NCBI GenBank assembly: GCA_963783995.1
Contig: CAWAPU010000001.1
Location: 212,348-276,347, forward strand
Reading direction: 5' to 3'
Source of the DNA: an uncultured Acidimicrobiaceae bacterium
Lineage (GTDB): Bacteria; Actinomycetota; Acidimicrobiia; Acidimicrobiales; RAAP-2
DNA length: 64,000 nt
Positions 28,841 to 38,480 of this stretch are shown piece after piece. Under the pieces are notes generated by a model. The model did not search any database, had not been told where the DNA came from, and saw nothing but the letters and a program-made list of their open reading frames with translations. The position numbers and the translations under genes were made by a program. Numbering within the stretch: the stretch's first letter is position 1; the number at the start of each line of letters is the position of its first letter.

Positions 28841-29713
28841 GTGCGGTTCTCGTATGCGGAGTCGATGGTCGATCCGAGCTTTTACCTGCCGCTGGCCCGG
28901 GCCGCCGAAGAAGCTGGATACGACTCCATGGTCGTCCCTGACTCCATCTGCTACCCCGAGCACTCCGACACGACGTACCCGTTCAACCCCGACGGCAGCC
29001 GCGAGTTCCTCGAGGACAAGCCCTTCCTCGAGCCGTTCTCGATCATCCCGGCCATGGGCGCCGTCACCACCACGCTCCGCTTCGTGACCTTCGTCATCAA
29101 GCTCCCGATCCGCCACCCGGTCCTCATCGCCAAGCAAATCACCTCGACCGCCGTCCTGACCGACGACCGCCTCGTCCTCGGCGTCGGCACGAGCCCCTGG
29201 CCCGAGGACTACGAGATCACCGACGTCCCCTGGGCCCGCCGCGGCAAGCGCATGGACGAGATGATCACCGTCATGCGCGGCCTCATCGCCGGCGGCTTCT
29301 TCGAGTTCCACGGCGAGATCTTCGACGTCCCCTCCATAAAGATGTGTCCCACGCCGCGTCGTCCCGTGCCGATCCTGATCGGCGGGCATCACGAGGCCGC
29401 CCTCAAGCGGGCCGCCGTCGACGGCGACGGCTGGTTGCACGGCGGCGGCGACCCCGCCGACCTCCCCGGGCTCCTCGATCGCCTCGCCATCCTGCGCAAG
29501 GAGCACGGCACCGAGGACAAGCCGTTCGAGGTGCACGTCATCTCGGCCGACGCCTACACCCCCGACGGCGTTCATCGGCTCGAAGAACTCGGTGTCACCG
29601 ACGTCATCGTCGGGTTCCGCTGGCCCTACGGCGTGGAACAGGACACCGAGGACCTGCAGACCAAGGTCGACAACCTGCGCCGCTTCGCCGACACCGTGAT
29701 CGCCAAGGTCTGA
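28841..29713 (+). CDS. LLM-class F420-dependent oxidoreductase (Rv1855c-like family)
   Basis: 290 aa: 'MRFSYAESMVDPSFYLPLARAAEEAGYDSMVVPDS...TTLRFVTFVIKLPIRHPVLIAKQ'. Confidence 0.8.
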   Translation: MRFSYAESMVDPSFYLPLARAAEEAGYDSMVVPDSICYPEHSDTTYPFNPDGSREFLEDKPFLEPFSIIPAMGAVTTTLRFVTFVIKLPIRHPVLIAKQITSTAVLTDDRLVLGVGTSPWPEDYEITDVPWARRGKRMDEMITVMRGLIAGGFFEFHGEIFDVPSIKMCPTPRRPVPILIGGHHEAALKRAAVDGDGWLHGGGDPADLPGLLDRLAILRKEHGTEDKPFEVHVISADAYTPDGVHRLEELGVTDVIVGFRWPYGVEQDTEDLQTKVDNLRRFADTVIAKV

Positions 29714-29730
29714 GCAAGGAGGGACATCCC

Positions 29731-30160
29731 ATGGCCGACACAACCTCGGAAACGCTGACCGCCCGCGAACTCGCCATCCGCTCCCGCGCCGCCGTCCACG
29801 CCCGTGACCGCGACGCCTGGCTGGACCTCTTCACCCACGATGCTCTCGTCCAGGACCCCGTCGGGCCATCCCCGTTCGACCCCGAGGGCAAGGGCCATCA
29901 CGGCCGGGAGGCCATCGCTGCCTTCTACGACACCGTCATCGCACCCTCCGAGGCCATCGACTTCGACATCTACGAGTCGTACCTCTGCGGCAACGAGGTC
30001 GCCGACGTCGGCGTGATCCGCACCACCCTCGCCGGGGGCACCCACTGCGCCGTCGTGCACACCGTCATGACGTACCGCACCAACGGTCAAGGCAAGATCG
30101 CCTCTCTGCCGCGCCTACTGGGAGTTCGACGCGCTCGAGCTCGTCGAGTTGGAGGGCTGA
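29731..30160 (+). CDS. SnoaL/NTF2-like (ketosteroid isomerase-like) protein, one frame change near 30109
   Basis: AAGGAGGG, then ATG at 29731. 'AVHARDRDAWLDLFTHDALVQDPVG...GREAIAAFYD'. After 'GKIASL' the natural tail 'RAYWEFDALELVELEG*' (stop at 30158-30160) lies in the +1 frame, at the cc of ctgccgc. Confidence 0.65.
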
Positions 30161-30168
30161 GCGCGCCG

Positions 30169-30564
30169 ATGGAGGTCACGGTCCGCGACGGGCTCTTCTC
30201 CGACACCGCCCTGCTCGGGAGCCGCTGCACGAACTGCGGCAACTTCCTCTTCCCCCGCGTCGACGCCTGCACGTACTGCGCCACCGAAGACCCCGAGCCG
30301 GTGGAACTGTCGACCACCGGCACCTTGTGGTCCTGGACGGCGGTCACGGCACCGCCCCCCGGCTACCTTGGCGAGGTCCCCTTCGGCGTCGGCGTCGTCG
30401 AGCTGCCCGAGGGCGTCCGGGTCATCACGCGCCTCACCGAGTGCGACCCCGCCCTCCTCCACGAGGGCCAACCAATGGAGTTCCGGCTCGTCCCGCTGCA
30501 CCGGGATGCCGACGGCAACGACGTCATGACCTACGCCTACGCCCCCACACACGGCGGCGCATGA
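30169..30564 (+). CDS. DUF35 Zn-ribbon/OB-fold protein (thiolase-associated)
   Basis: 131 aa from ATG 30169: 'CTNCGNFLFPRVDACTYC' zinc ribbon, then OB-fold 'GTLWSWTAV...GVVELPEGVRVITRL'. Confidence 0.8.
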   Translation: MEVTVRDGLFSDTALLGSRCTNCGNFLFPRVDACTYCATEDPEPVELSTTGTLWSWTAVTAPPPGYLGEVPFGVGVVELPEGVRVITRLTECDPALLHEGQPMEFRLVPLHRDADGNDVMTYAYAPTHGGA

Positions 30565-31715
30565 GCGCGGCCACCTCCTCCGTCGTCGTGGCGGGCGTCG
30601 GCATGCACCCCTTCGGGCGCTTCGAGGGCGTCTCGACGACCGACATGGGCGTCACGGCCGTCCGGGCCGCCCTGCGCGAGGCGGGCATCGGCAAGGGCGA
30701 CTTCCAGGCCGCGTTTTGCGGGACCGCCTACGGCGGTGTCGCCACCGGCCACAAGGTCCTGAGCCGCCTGGGCATGACGGGCATGCCGATCGTCGACGTC
30801 GAGGCGGGATGCGCGAGCGGCGGTGCCGCCCTCATGCTGGCCGCCGGGGCGATTCGCGCCGGCCAGTACGACACCGTCCTCGTCTTCGGCACCGAGAAGA
30901 TGCCGAAAGGGATCATCCGCTCCTCCTTCTTCGAGCCGTGGCAGGAGGAGGCGGGCCTGGCCGCGACGCCGGCGTTCTTCGCGCTGCGCGCCCAGCGGCT
31001 CTGCCTCACCTCCGGCGTCACCAAGGACCACCTGGCTCGGGTGGTCGTGAAGAACCGCCGTAACGGGGCCGCCAATCCCGACGCCATGTATCAGAAGGAG
31101 ACTTCGGTCGAAGAGGTCCTCGCCTCCCGTGTCGTCTGCGAGCCGCTCCACCTCTTCATGCTGTGCTCGCCCAACGAGGGCGCCGCCGCCATCGTCCTGC
31201 GCCGAGCCGACCTCACCACCACGCATCCCGCCCCCGTGACGCTCGCCGCCGCCGTTCTGCGCTCCCACATCGCCGGCTCCGTCCTGAGCGAGTCGACGCC
31301 GCTGTCCGGTCTCGTCGCCGACACCGCCCCCGCCGCCACCACGCTCGCCGCCACCGCGGCCTTCGAGGAGGCCGGCCTCGGGCCCGAGGACCTCGACGTC
31401 GTCGAGTGCCAGGACACCGACGCCGCCCGCGAGCTGGGGTCCTGTGAGGAGCTCGGGCTCTGCGAGCCGGGTGGCTCCGGCGCCCTGCTCGACTCGGGCG
31501 CCATGGAGCTCGGCGGTCGCCTCCCGGTGAACCCCAGCGGCGGCCTGCTCTCCAAGGGCGAGCCCCTGGGCGCGTCCGCACTCGGCCAGATCGTCGAGCT
31601 CGTATGCCAGCTCCGCGGCGAGTGCGGCCCCCGTCAGGTGGACGGCGCGCGCACGGCGCTTTCGCACACCGTCGGCCGCGGCGCCAACGCCGGCGTCGTG
31701 ATCCTCACCCGCTGA
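30561..31715 (+). CDS. Thiolase-like protein (SCP-x / Ltp-type, partner of DUF35)
   Basis: ATGA overlap. 'VVVAGVGMHPFGRF', 'VDVEAGCASGGAALMLA', 'NPSGGLLSKGEPLGASAL'. Confidence 0.85.
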   Translation: MSAATSSVVVAGVGMHPFGRFEGVSTTDMGVTAVRAALREAGIGKGDFQAAFCGTAYGGVATGHKVLSRLGMTGMPIVDVEAGCASGGAALMLAAGAIRAGQYDTVLVFGTEKMPKGIIRSSFFEPWQEEAGLAATPAFFALRAQRLCLTSGVTKDHLARVVVKNRRNGAANPDAMYQKETSVEEVLASRVVCEPLHLFMLCSPNEGAAAIVLRRADLTTTHPAPVTLAAAVLRSHIAGSVLSESTPLSGLVADTAPAATTLAATAAFEEAGLGPEDLDVVECQDTDAARELGSCEELGLCEPGGSGALLDSGAMELGGRLPVNPSGGLLSKGEPLGASALGQIVELVCQLRGECGPRQVDGARTALSHTVGRGANAGVVILTR

Positions 31716-32469
31716 TCCGGAGGCCCTCGTCCAACTCCACGAGCACGGCGGGGAGCTCGTCCAACGACCCGACGATCGCGTCGGGCCGGACCTCAAAACG
31801 TTCGCCCACGCCCACGCCGACGCCGACGCCGTCGCCGTCGCCGTCGCGGTCGATCCACACGGCGGACCACCCGGCCTGCTTGGCGCCGGCGACGTCGTTG
31901 ACCAGATGGTCGCCGACGAGCACACAGGCGCCGGGATCGAGCCCGAGCTGACGTTCGACGATCTCGAAGATGCCCTTGTCCGGCTTGGCCACCCGGTGGT
32001 CCTGCGCGAAGACGACGCACTCGAAGACCCCACCCAGCCCGACCGTCTCGGGCAGTCGGCTCCCGTTCGAGAGCAACCCCAACCGGTAACGCCCCCGCAG
32101 CGTCTCGAGACAGGGGACCGTGTCGGCGAAGAGCGCCGGATCAGCGTCACGGTGGGCGAAGTACGAGTCGCTCAGCTCGAGCGTCAGCGCCTCGTCGCCC
32201 GAGGCGTCGCCCCCTTCCGCCGCCCGCAGTCGCTCGAGCGTGTGGGCGAACCCGAACACCCGGAGGCGGGCCAGGTTGTACTCGATCCCCTCCCATTCCT
32301 CGCCCACCGCCGCCCGGTCCCCTTCGAGGTCCCGCCACGACAGCGCGTCGGTGAAGGCTCCCGGCCGGGCCGTGCGCAGCTCGCCGGCGACGGCGATCAA
32401 CGCGTCCCGCATGACCCGCTCGAAGTCCCACAGCGTCTGGTCGCCGTCGAAGAGGATGGCCTCGATCAT
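31705..32469 (-). CDS. HAD-superfamily hydrolase
   Basis: 254 aa from ATG 32469: 'MIEAILFDGDQTLWDF', 'LGLLSNG', 'VLVGDHLVNDVAGAKQAG'. Contains a DGDGDGVGVGVGVG low-complexity run. Confidence 0.75.
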   Translation of the reverse strand: MIEAILFDGDQTLWDFERVMRDALIAVAGELRTARPGAFTDALSWRDLEGDRAAVGEEWEGIEYNLARLRVFGFAHTLERLRAAEGGDASGDEALTLELSDSYFAHRDADPALFADTVPCLETLRGRYRLGLLSNGSRLPETVGLGGVFECVVFAQDHRVAKPDKGIFEIVERQLGLDPGACVLVGDHLVNDVAGAKQAGWSAVWIDRDGDGDGVGVGVGVGERFEVRPDAIVGSLDELPAVLVELDEGLRISG

Positions 32470-32482
32470 CGCCACCCCCGCA

Positions 32483-33424
32483 TCAGGCGACGAGCACGAC
32501 CTTGCCCAACTTGCCGCCCGCCGCGAACCGCTCGTACGCCGCGTTCGCCTCCGCCAGGGGGTACGTCTCGGCCACCGGCACCCGTAGGCGCCGCGCCACC
32601 AGCAGCGGCAGCACGTGCGCCCGCACCGCCGCGACCACGTCCGCCTTCTCCTGCCGGCTGCGGGAGCGCAGCGTCGAGCCACCGATGCGGATGCGCTGCA
32701 TCATGAGCTGCATCAGCTCGATCTCCATCCGACCACCCGAGCCGGTCCCGATCACCACCACGCGTGACCACGGCGCCATGTGCGGGAGCACCGCCGTCAG
32801 GCTGGCCTGTCCCACCAGCTCGAGGACGACGTCGTAGGGACCATGGTCGCCCTCCCCGCCGGGCTCGATCACCACGTCGGCCCCGAGTTGGCGCACCGCG
32901 TCGTGGTGGTCCCGGTTGCGCACCGTCGCCGTCACCTGCGCCCCCGCCGCGGCCGCCAACTGCACCCCGGCCGTCCCCACGCCGCCGGCCGCCCCGCTGA
33001 CCAGCACGCGCTCGCCCATCTGCAACGCCGCCTGGGTGAACAGCGCGTCATACGCCGTCGCGAAGGCCTCGCTGAAGCCGCCCGCCTCGGCCCAGTCGAC
33101 GCCGTCGGGGACAGCGAATGCGTGCATCTCGTCGACGAAGGCCAACTCGGCCTGGGCGCCGCCGCCGACCAGCGCCATCACGGGGTCCCCGGGAGCGAAC
33201 AACGTCACCTCTCGTCCGACCGCCAAGACCTCGCCCGCCATCTCCATGCCAGGGATGTCGGCCGGCCAACCCGGCGGTGCTGGATACAGACCGATCCGCT
33301 GCACCAGGTCGGCGGAGTTGATCCCCGCACCCTTCACCGAGACCAACAGCTCGGTGTCGCCCGGGACCGGATCATCGTGCTCTTCCCAGTACAGCTCGTT
33401 GTCTCGGATGATGTTGGCGCGCAC
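32483..33424 (-). CDS. NADPH:quinone oxidoreductase (MDR superfamily)
   Basis: 313 aa: 'LLVSVKGAGINSADLVQRIGLYPAPPG', 'VLVSGAAGGVGTAGVQLAAAAGA'. Confidence 0.8.
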   Translation of the reverse strand: MRANIIRDNELYWEEHDDPVPGDTELLVSVKGAGINSADLVQRIGLYPAPPGWPADIPGMEMAGEVLAVGREVTLFAPGDPVMALVGGGAQAELAFVDEMHAFAVPDGVDWAEAGGFSEAFATAYDALFTQAALQMGERVLVSGAAGGVGTAGVQLAAAAGAQVTATVRNRDHHDAVRQLGADVVIEPGGEGDHGPYDVVLELVGQASLTAVLPHMAPWSRVVVIGTGSGGRMEIELMQLMMQRIRIGGSTLRSRSRQEKADVVAAVRAHVLPLLVARRLRVPVAETYPLAEANAAYERFAAGGKLGKVVLVA

Positions 33425-33481
33425 GCCGCCACCCTAGAACGGACCGAGCGGACGCCCGCCGGGGGCCGGTAGGGTCCAAAC

Positions 33482-33970
33482 ATGGCTCTCTACGACATCC
33501 CCATCCACACGCTTCAGGGCGCCGACGCCTCGCTCGGCGACTACGCCGGCAAGACGCTGCTCCTCGTCAACGTCGCCTCCAAGTGCGGCCTCACCCCGCA
33601 GTACGAGGGCCTCGAGCGCCTGCAGAAGCAATACGGCGACCGTGGATTCTCGGTCGTCGGCTTCCCGAGCAACCAGTTCATGGGGCAGGAGCCGGGCACG
33701 GCCGAGGAGATCCAGCAGTTCTGCTCGACCACGTACGGCGTGACGTTCCCGCTCATGGAGAAGATCGACGTCAACGGCGACGACCGCCACCCGATCTACG
33801 CCGAGTTGACGGAGAAGGCCGACGCCGAGGGGAACGCGGGCGACATCACGTGGAACTTCGAGAAGTTCCTCTTGAGCCCGAAGGGGGAGATCGTGGCGCG
33901 CTACCGCCCGCAGGTGGAGCCCGAGGACCCGAGCATCGTGGGCGACATCGAGGCTCAGCTCGCCGGTTGA
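33482..33970 (+). CDS. Glutathione peroxidase family protein (Cys type)
   Basis: 162 aa: 'LLLVNVASKCGLTPQYEGLERLQKQYGDRGFSVVGFPSNQFMGQEPG', 'WNFEKFLL'. Confidence 0.9.
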   Translation: MALYDIPIHTLQGADASLGDYAGKTLLLVNVASKCGLTPQYEGLERLQKQYGDRGFSVVGFPSNQFMGQEPGTAEEIQQFCSTTYGVTFPLMEKIDVNGDDRHPIYAELTEKADAEGNAGDITWNFEKFLLSPKGEIVARYRPQVEPEDPSIVGDIEAQLAG

Positions 33971-34684
33971 TTCCGCCGCACCCCGTCCCGGCGGGGTTCC
34001 AAGCGTCCATCTTCGACATGGACGGGTTGCTGATCGACTCGGAGGTGCTCTGGCATGAGGCCGAGATCGAGATTCTTGGTGACCAGCTCGGCGTTCCCAT
34101 TGACAAGGACGGCTGTCGGACGACCAAGGGGATGTTCGTCAACGAGGTGACGGAGCACTGGTTCGCTCGCTACCCGTGGGCGGGCCCGGCCCCGGCCGAG
34201 GTCGCCGTCACAGTCGTCGACCGGGTGATCGACCTGATAGTCACGAAGGGATCCATCAAACCGGGTGCGACGCAAGCGATCGACCTGTGCGCGGCCCGGG
34301 GTTGGCCCTTGGCGGTGGCGTCGTCGTCGGAGTACCGCCTGATCGAAGCGGCGCTGCGCCATTTCGACTTGCGGGACCGCTTCGACCTCGTGCACTCCGC
34401 TGAAGACGAGGAGTACGGCAAGCCCCACCCCGCCGTGTTCCTGACCGCCGCTGCGAAGCTTGGACGTCCCCGCGAAGCACTGCCTGGTGTGGGAGGACGC
34501 GCCCGCCGGTGTCGTGGCGGCGAAGGCGGCGTCGATGGCGTGCCTCGCGGTGCCCGAACACGGCGAGGGCGGCCACCCGGCCTTCGGCCTCGCCGACCTC
34601 GTCGTCGACTCGCTCGAAGACGTCGACGACGCCGCGTTGGACGTTGTCGCCCAGCGCCGCTTCTCCACTGCACCCGAGGACTGA
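33967..34684 (+). CDS. HAD-superfamily sugar-phosphatase-like hydrolase, one frame change near 34462
   Basis: The TTG start overlaps the gpx stop (TTGA). 'IFDMDGLLIDSE', 'AVASSSEYRLIEAAL', 'GKPHPAVFLTAAAKL'. It then continues as 'DVPAKHCLVWEDAPAGVVAAKAASM' in ORF 34460..34684, with an extra g at 34462/63. Confidence 0.75.
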
Positions 34685-34712
34685 CTCCTCCCGAGCGAGA
34701 CGACCGGACGGC

Positions 34713-35198
34713 TCAGGCGATGACCTTGGAGAATCGGAGATGCCACGTCGGCAGCGGCTCGCCGCGCTTGTCGACGTGGAGGCGTTCCCACCCGCTCGCC
34801 TCGTAGAGAGCAACCGCCTCGGGTTGGCGATCGCCCGTGGAGAGGACGAGGGCGGAGAGTCCGAGGTTCCGTGCCGCGTCTTCCAGTTCGATCATCAGTG
34901 CCCGGCCGATCCCACAGCCGCGCAAACCGGGATCGACCCACAGGCGACGGACCTCACCGACGCCGTCGGCGACCGTGCGCACACCGGCGCCGCCCACCGG
35001 ATGGTCTTCCTCGACCCGGGCCACGAGGAAGGCGCCGCTGGGCGGGTCGAACATCGCGGCGGTGAGCCCGAGCTCGCCATCGTCGAGCCCCCCATAGCGA
35101 GCCACGAGTTCCGCCTCGGCGTGGCTGACCACCGAGCGTGGTCCGTCTGACCCGTACGGCTCGTCGCGCACGGTCACGGCGGTAGCGGGTTGATGCAT
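34713..35198 (-). CDS. GNAT-family N-acetyltransferase
   Basis: 161 aa from ATG 35198: 'EVRRLWVDPGLRGCGIGRALMIELEDAARNLG', 'ALYEASGW'. Confidence 0.8.
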   Translation of the reverse strand: MHQPATAVTVRDEPYGSDGPRSVVSHAEAELVARYGGLDDGELGLTAAMFDPPSGAFLVARVEEDHPVGGAGVRTVADGVGEVRRLWVDPGLRGCGIGRALMIELEDAARNLGLSALVLSTGDRQPEAVALYEASGWERLHVDKRGEPLPTWHLRFSKVIA

Positions 35199-35264
35199 AC
35201 CCTCTATCCTTGCCAAGACGCCCGAGGCTTCGATCGCCCCGGCGTCAAGGACCTCTGCGCACCT

Positions 35265-38200
35265 GTGTTCACACCTGTCCCACCCGATATCGATTTTGTA
35301 GGCCTTGAACAGGCCGAACTGGCCCGCTGGGCAGCTCATCGCGTCTTCGAACGCTCGATCGAGCAACGAGAGGGTGCACCGCCCTGGGTCTTTTTCGAGG
35401 GCCCGCCGACCGCCAACGGCCTGCCCGGGCTCCACCACGTCTGGGCCAGGGTCTACAAGGACCTGTTCTGTCGCTTTCGCACGATGGACGGCGCCTTCGT
35501 GGCCCGCCGCGCCGGCTGGGACACGCACGGGCTGCCGGTCGAGGTAGAGGTCGAGAAGAAGCTCGGGATCACCGGCAAGGAGCAGATCGAGGAACAGGTC
35601 GGCATCGCGGAGTTCACCCGCCTGTGCCGCGAGTCTGTCTACTCCTACGTCGACGAGTTCCAGCGCCTGACGACCCGCATCGGCTATTGGGTTGACATGG
35701 ACGCGGCGTACTGGACGCTCGATCCTTCGTACATCGAATCGGTCTGGTGGCATCTGCAGCAGCTCTTCGACCAAGGGCTGCTCTACGAGGACCTCAAAGT
35801 GGTGCCGTATTGCCCGCGCTGTGGCACGGCCCTGTCGAGCCACGAGCTCGGCCAGGAGGACGTCTACCGCGACGAGGAGGACGAGTCGGCCTACGTCCGC
35901 TTCCGTCTGGTCGACCCGGACCCCTACGTCCTCGGCGACGCGGAGTGGCTGGCCGTCTGGACCACCACTCCCTGGACCCTGCTCTCGAACACCGGCGTCG
36001 CGGTCAACCCCGACCTCACGTACGCCGTCGTCGATCAGATGCTGATGGCGGACGAATTGGTCGACGCCGTGCTGGGAGAGGGGGCGAGCGAGCGCGTCAC
36101 GAAGCGTGTGCCGGGCGCGGCACTCGTCGGGCTGCACTACGAGCGTCCCTTCGACGACCTCGACACGCCGCGCGGAACGGACGGCTGGCGGGTCGTCCCG
36201 GCGGCCTACGTGACGACCGACGAAGGAACCGGGCTCGTCCATCTGGCGCCGGCCTTCGGTGAGATCGACCGCCAGATCGGCCGCGAGAACGGACTGCCGT
36301 CGCTGAACCCGGTCGGTCCCGACGGTCGCTTCACCGCTGAGATCGGCTGGCTGGCGGGCCGCGAGGTGCGTGAGGCCAACCACGACATCAACGACCATCT
36401 CGAGTCGAAGGGCCTGTTGATCCGCCGCTACCTCTACGTCCACTCGTACCCACACTGCTGGCGGTGCCGGACGCCGCTCATCTACTGGGGCAAGCCGAGC
36501 TGGTACATCGCGACCTCGACCCGCAAGGACGATCTCCTGTCGGCCAACGCGACGGTGGACTGGCACCCCTCCTATATCCGCGACGGTCGGTTCGGTGAGT
36601 GGCTGGCGAACAACGTGGACTGGGCGCTGTCGCGCGACCGGTTCTGGGGCACTCCGCTGCCGATTTGGCGCTGCGGGCGGGACCACCTGCGCTGTGTCGG
36701 TTCTCTCGCCGAGCTCTCGGACCTCGCGGGACGGGACGTCACGAGCATCGACCCCCACCGGCCCGACGATCGACGAGGTGACTTTCGCCTGCGCCACCTG
36801 CGCGGCCGAAGGCTACGACGACGAGCTCGCCGTCGTCCCGGCGGGTCGAGCCGGTGATCGACGCCTGGTTCGACTCGGGCTCCATGCCGGCGGCCCAGGT
36901 CGGGTACCCGCACTCGCCGGGGTCCACCGAAGCGTTCACCTTCCCGGCGGACTTCATCTCAGAGGCGATCGACCAGACCCGGGGCTGGTTCTATTCGCTG
37001 CTGGCGATCAACGTGTTGGTCTTCGGCGAGAGCCCGTACCGCCACGTGGTGTGCCTCGGCCACATCGTCGATGCCGACGGCCGCAAGATGTCCAAGTCGA
37101 TCGGCAACATCATCGACCCCTGGAAGATCCTCGACACGCGAGGCGCCGACGCCATGCGGTGGTGGATGTTCAGCCAGGGGTCGCCGTGGACGCCGACCCG
37201 GGCGTCGCTCGGAGCGATCGACACCGCGATGCGCGACATGTTGCTGACGCTGTGGAACACCTTCAGCTTCTTCTCCACCTACGCGTCGCTGAACGGGTTC
37301 GACCCGGCCGATCCGGCCATCCCAGGCCCGACCGAGCGCGGCCCTCTCGACCGCTGGATCCTGTCGCGCCTGGCCAGCACGACGGCCCAAATGACCGAGT
37401 CGCTCCGGGACTACGAGCCGCTCGACGCGGCCTTGGCCGTGGGGTCCCTGGTCGACGACCTCTCCAATTGGTACGTGAGGCGCAGCCGTCGACGCTTCTG
37501 GCGGACCGATCCCGATGCGCCACCGAGTGACACGCTGGCGGCGCAGGCGACGCTGCACTCCGTCCTGACGACTGTCTCATTGCTGCTGGCTCCGCTGTGC
37601 CCCTTCGTGTCCGACGCCCTCTGGCGCCATCTGACCGGTGCCGAGGAGTCCGACTCGGTCCACCTAGCGGACTGGCCCTCGGCCGAAGACGGGCTCATCG
37701 ACCCGGGCCTCGAGGCGCAGATGGCGCTGGCCCGTCGACTTACGTCGCTCGGCCGGGCCGCACGCAGCGAGGCCGGGATGAAGGTGCGACAGCCGCTCGC
37801 CCGGGCCCTGGTCTTCCTTCCCGCAGATTCGCCCGAGATCTTGCGCGACATCGTGGAGGACGAGCTGAACGTCGACGAGATCGACACCACGGACGAGCTC
37901 AACGAGGTCCTCGAGTTCGAGCTGGTCCCGAACTTCCGAGCGCTGGGGCCTCGCCTCGGCGAGCTGGTCAAGGAGCTCAAGCCCGCGCTCGCGTCACTCG
38001 ACACCGCGGCCGCCGCCGCCGAGCTGGAAGCAGGTCGACCGATCACCGTGGTGCTCGGCGGTGAGCCGGTCGAGCTGTCTCCCGATGACGTTCAGTTGCG
38101 CGTCCGTGGCCAGGAAGGCTTTGCGGTCTCGCGAGAGAGCGGGGAGGTCGTCGCCCTCGATCTGACCATGAGCGACGAGCTCCGGAAGCGTGGCTTGGCA

Positions 38201-38450
38201 GCGTGAGGTCGTTCGGCTGGTTCAGGACCTCCGCAAGTCGAGCGGCCTCGAGGTGTCCGATCGCATCCGGCTGCATCTGGTGGGCCTCGACATGATTGCC
38301 GAGCACTTCGACTTCATCGCCCGCGAGGTGTTGGCGACCGAGATCCTCGTTGAGCCAGGGGAGGGCGACGGAACGGTGCTCGAGCTCGAGGACATCGACG
38401 CGACGGTGCCAGCGCAGGTCTGGCTGTACAAGGACGAGAGCTTGGTCTGA
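35265..38450 (+). CDS. ileS: Isoleucine--tRNA ligase, interrupted by three frame changes (about 36768, 36843, 38201)
   Basis: 'PPTANGLPGLHHV' (HIGH-type), 'YCPRCGTALS', 'WRCRTPLIYWGKPSWY', 'WFDSGSMP', 'KMSKS'. The protein runs through ORFs 35190..36857, 36595..37530 (only 'IDEVTFACATCAAEGYDDELAVVP'), 36854..38206 and 38190..38450 ('REVVRLVQDLRKSSGLEVSDRI'). Confidence 0.9.
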
Positions 38451-38480
38451 AGCCAGGGCGCGCGGGCCTGGCCTCGCGCG

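Noticed and set aside
35199-35264. Possible T-box or leader upstream of ileS.
   Set aside because: Only about 66 nt are available between the divergent GNAT start and the ileS start. No T-box-like 'GGUGGUACC' element or specifier hairpin is visible.
36760-36850. Programmed ribosomal frameshifting or recoding as an explanation for the many frame changes (ileS, iscS, gatB and others).
   Set aside because: No slippery heptamers or downstream structures recur at the sites. The sites are heterogeneous, are often simple short homopolymers, and sit in genes never known to use recoding. Indel errors or decay are more parsimonious.
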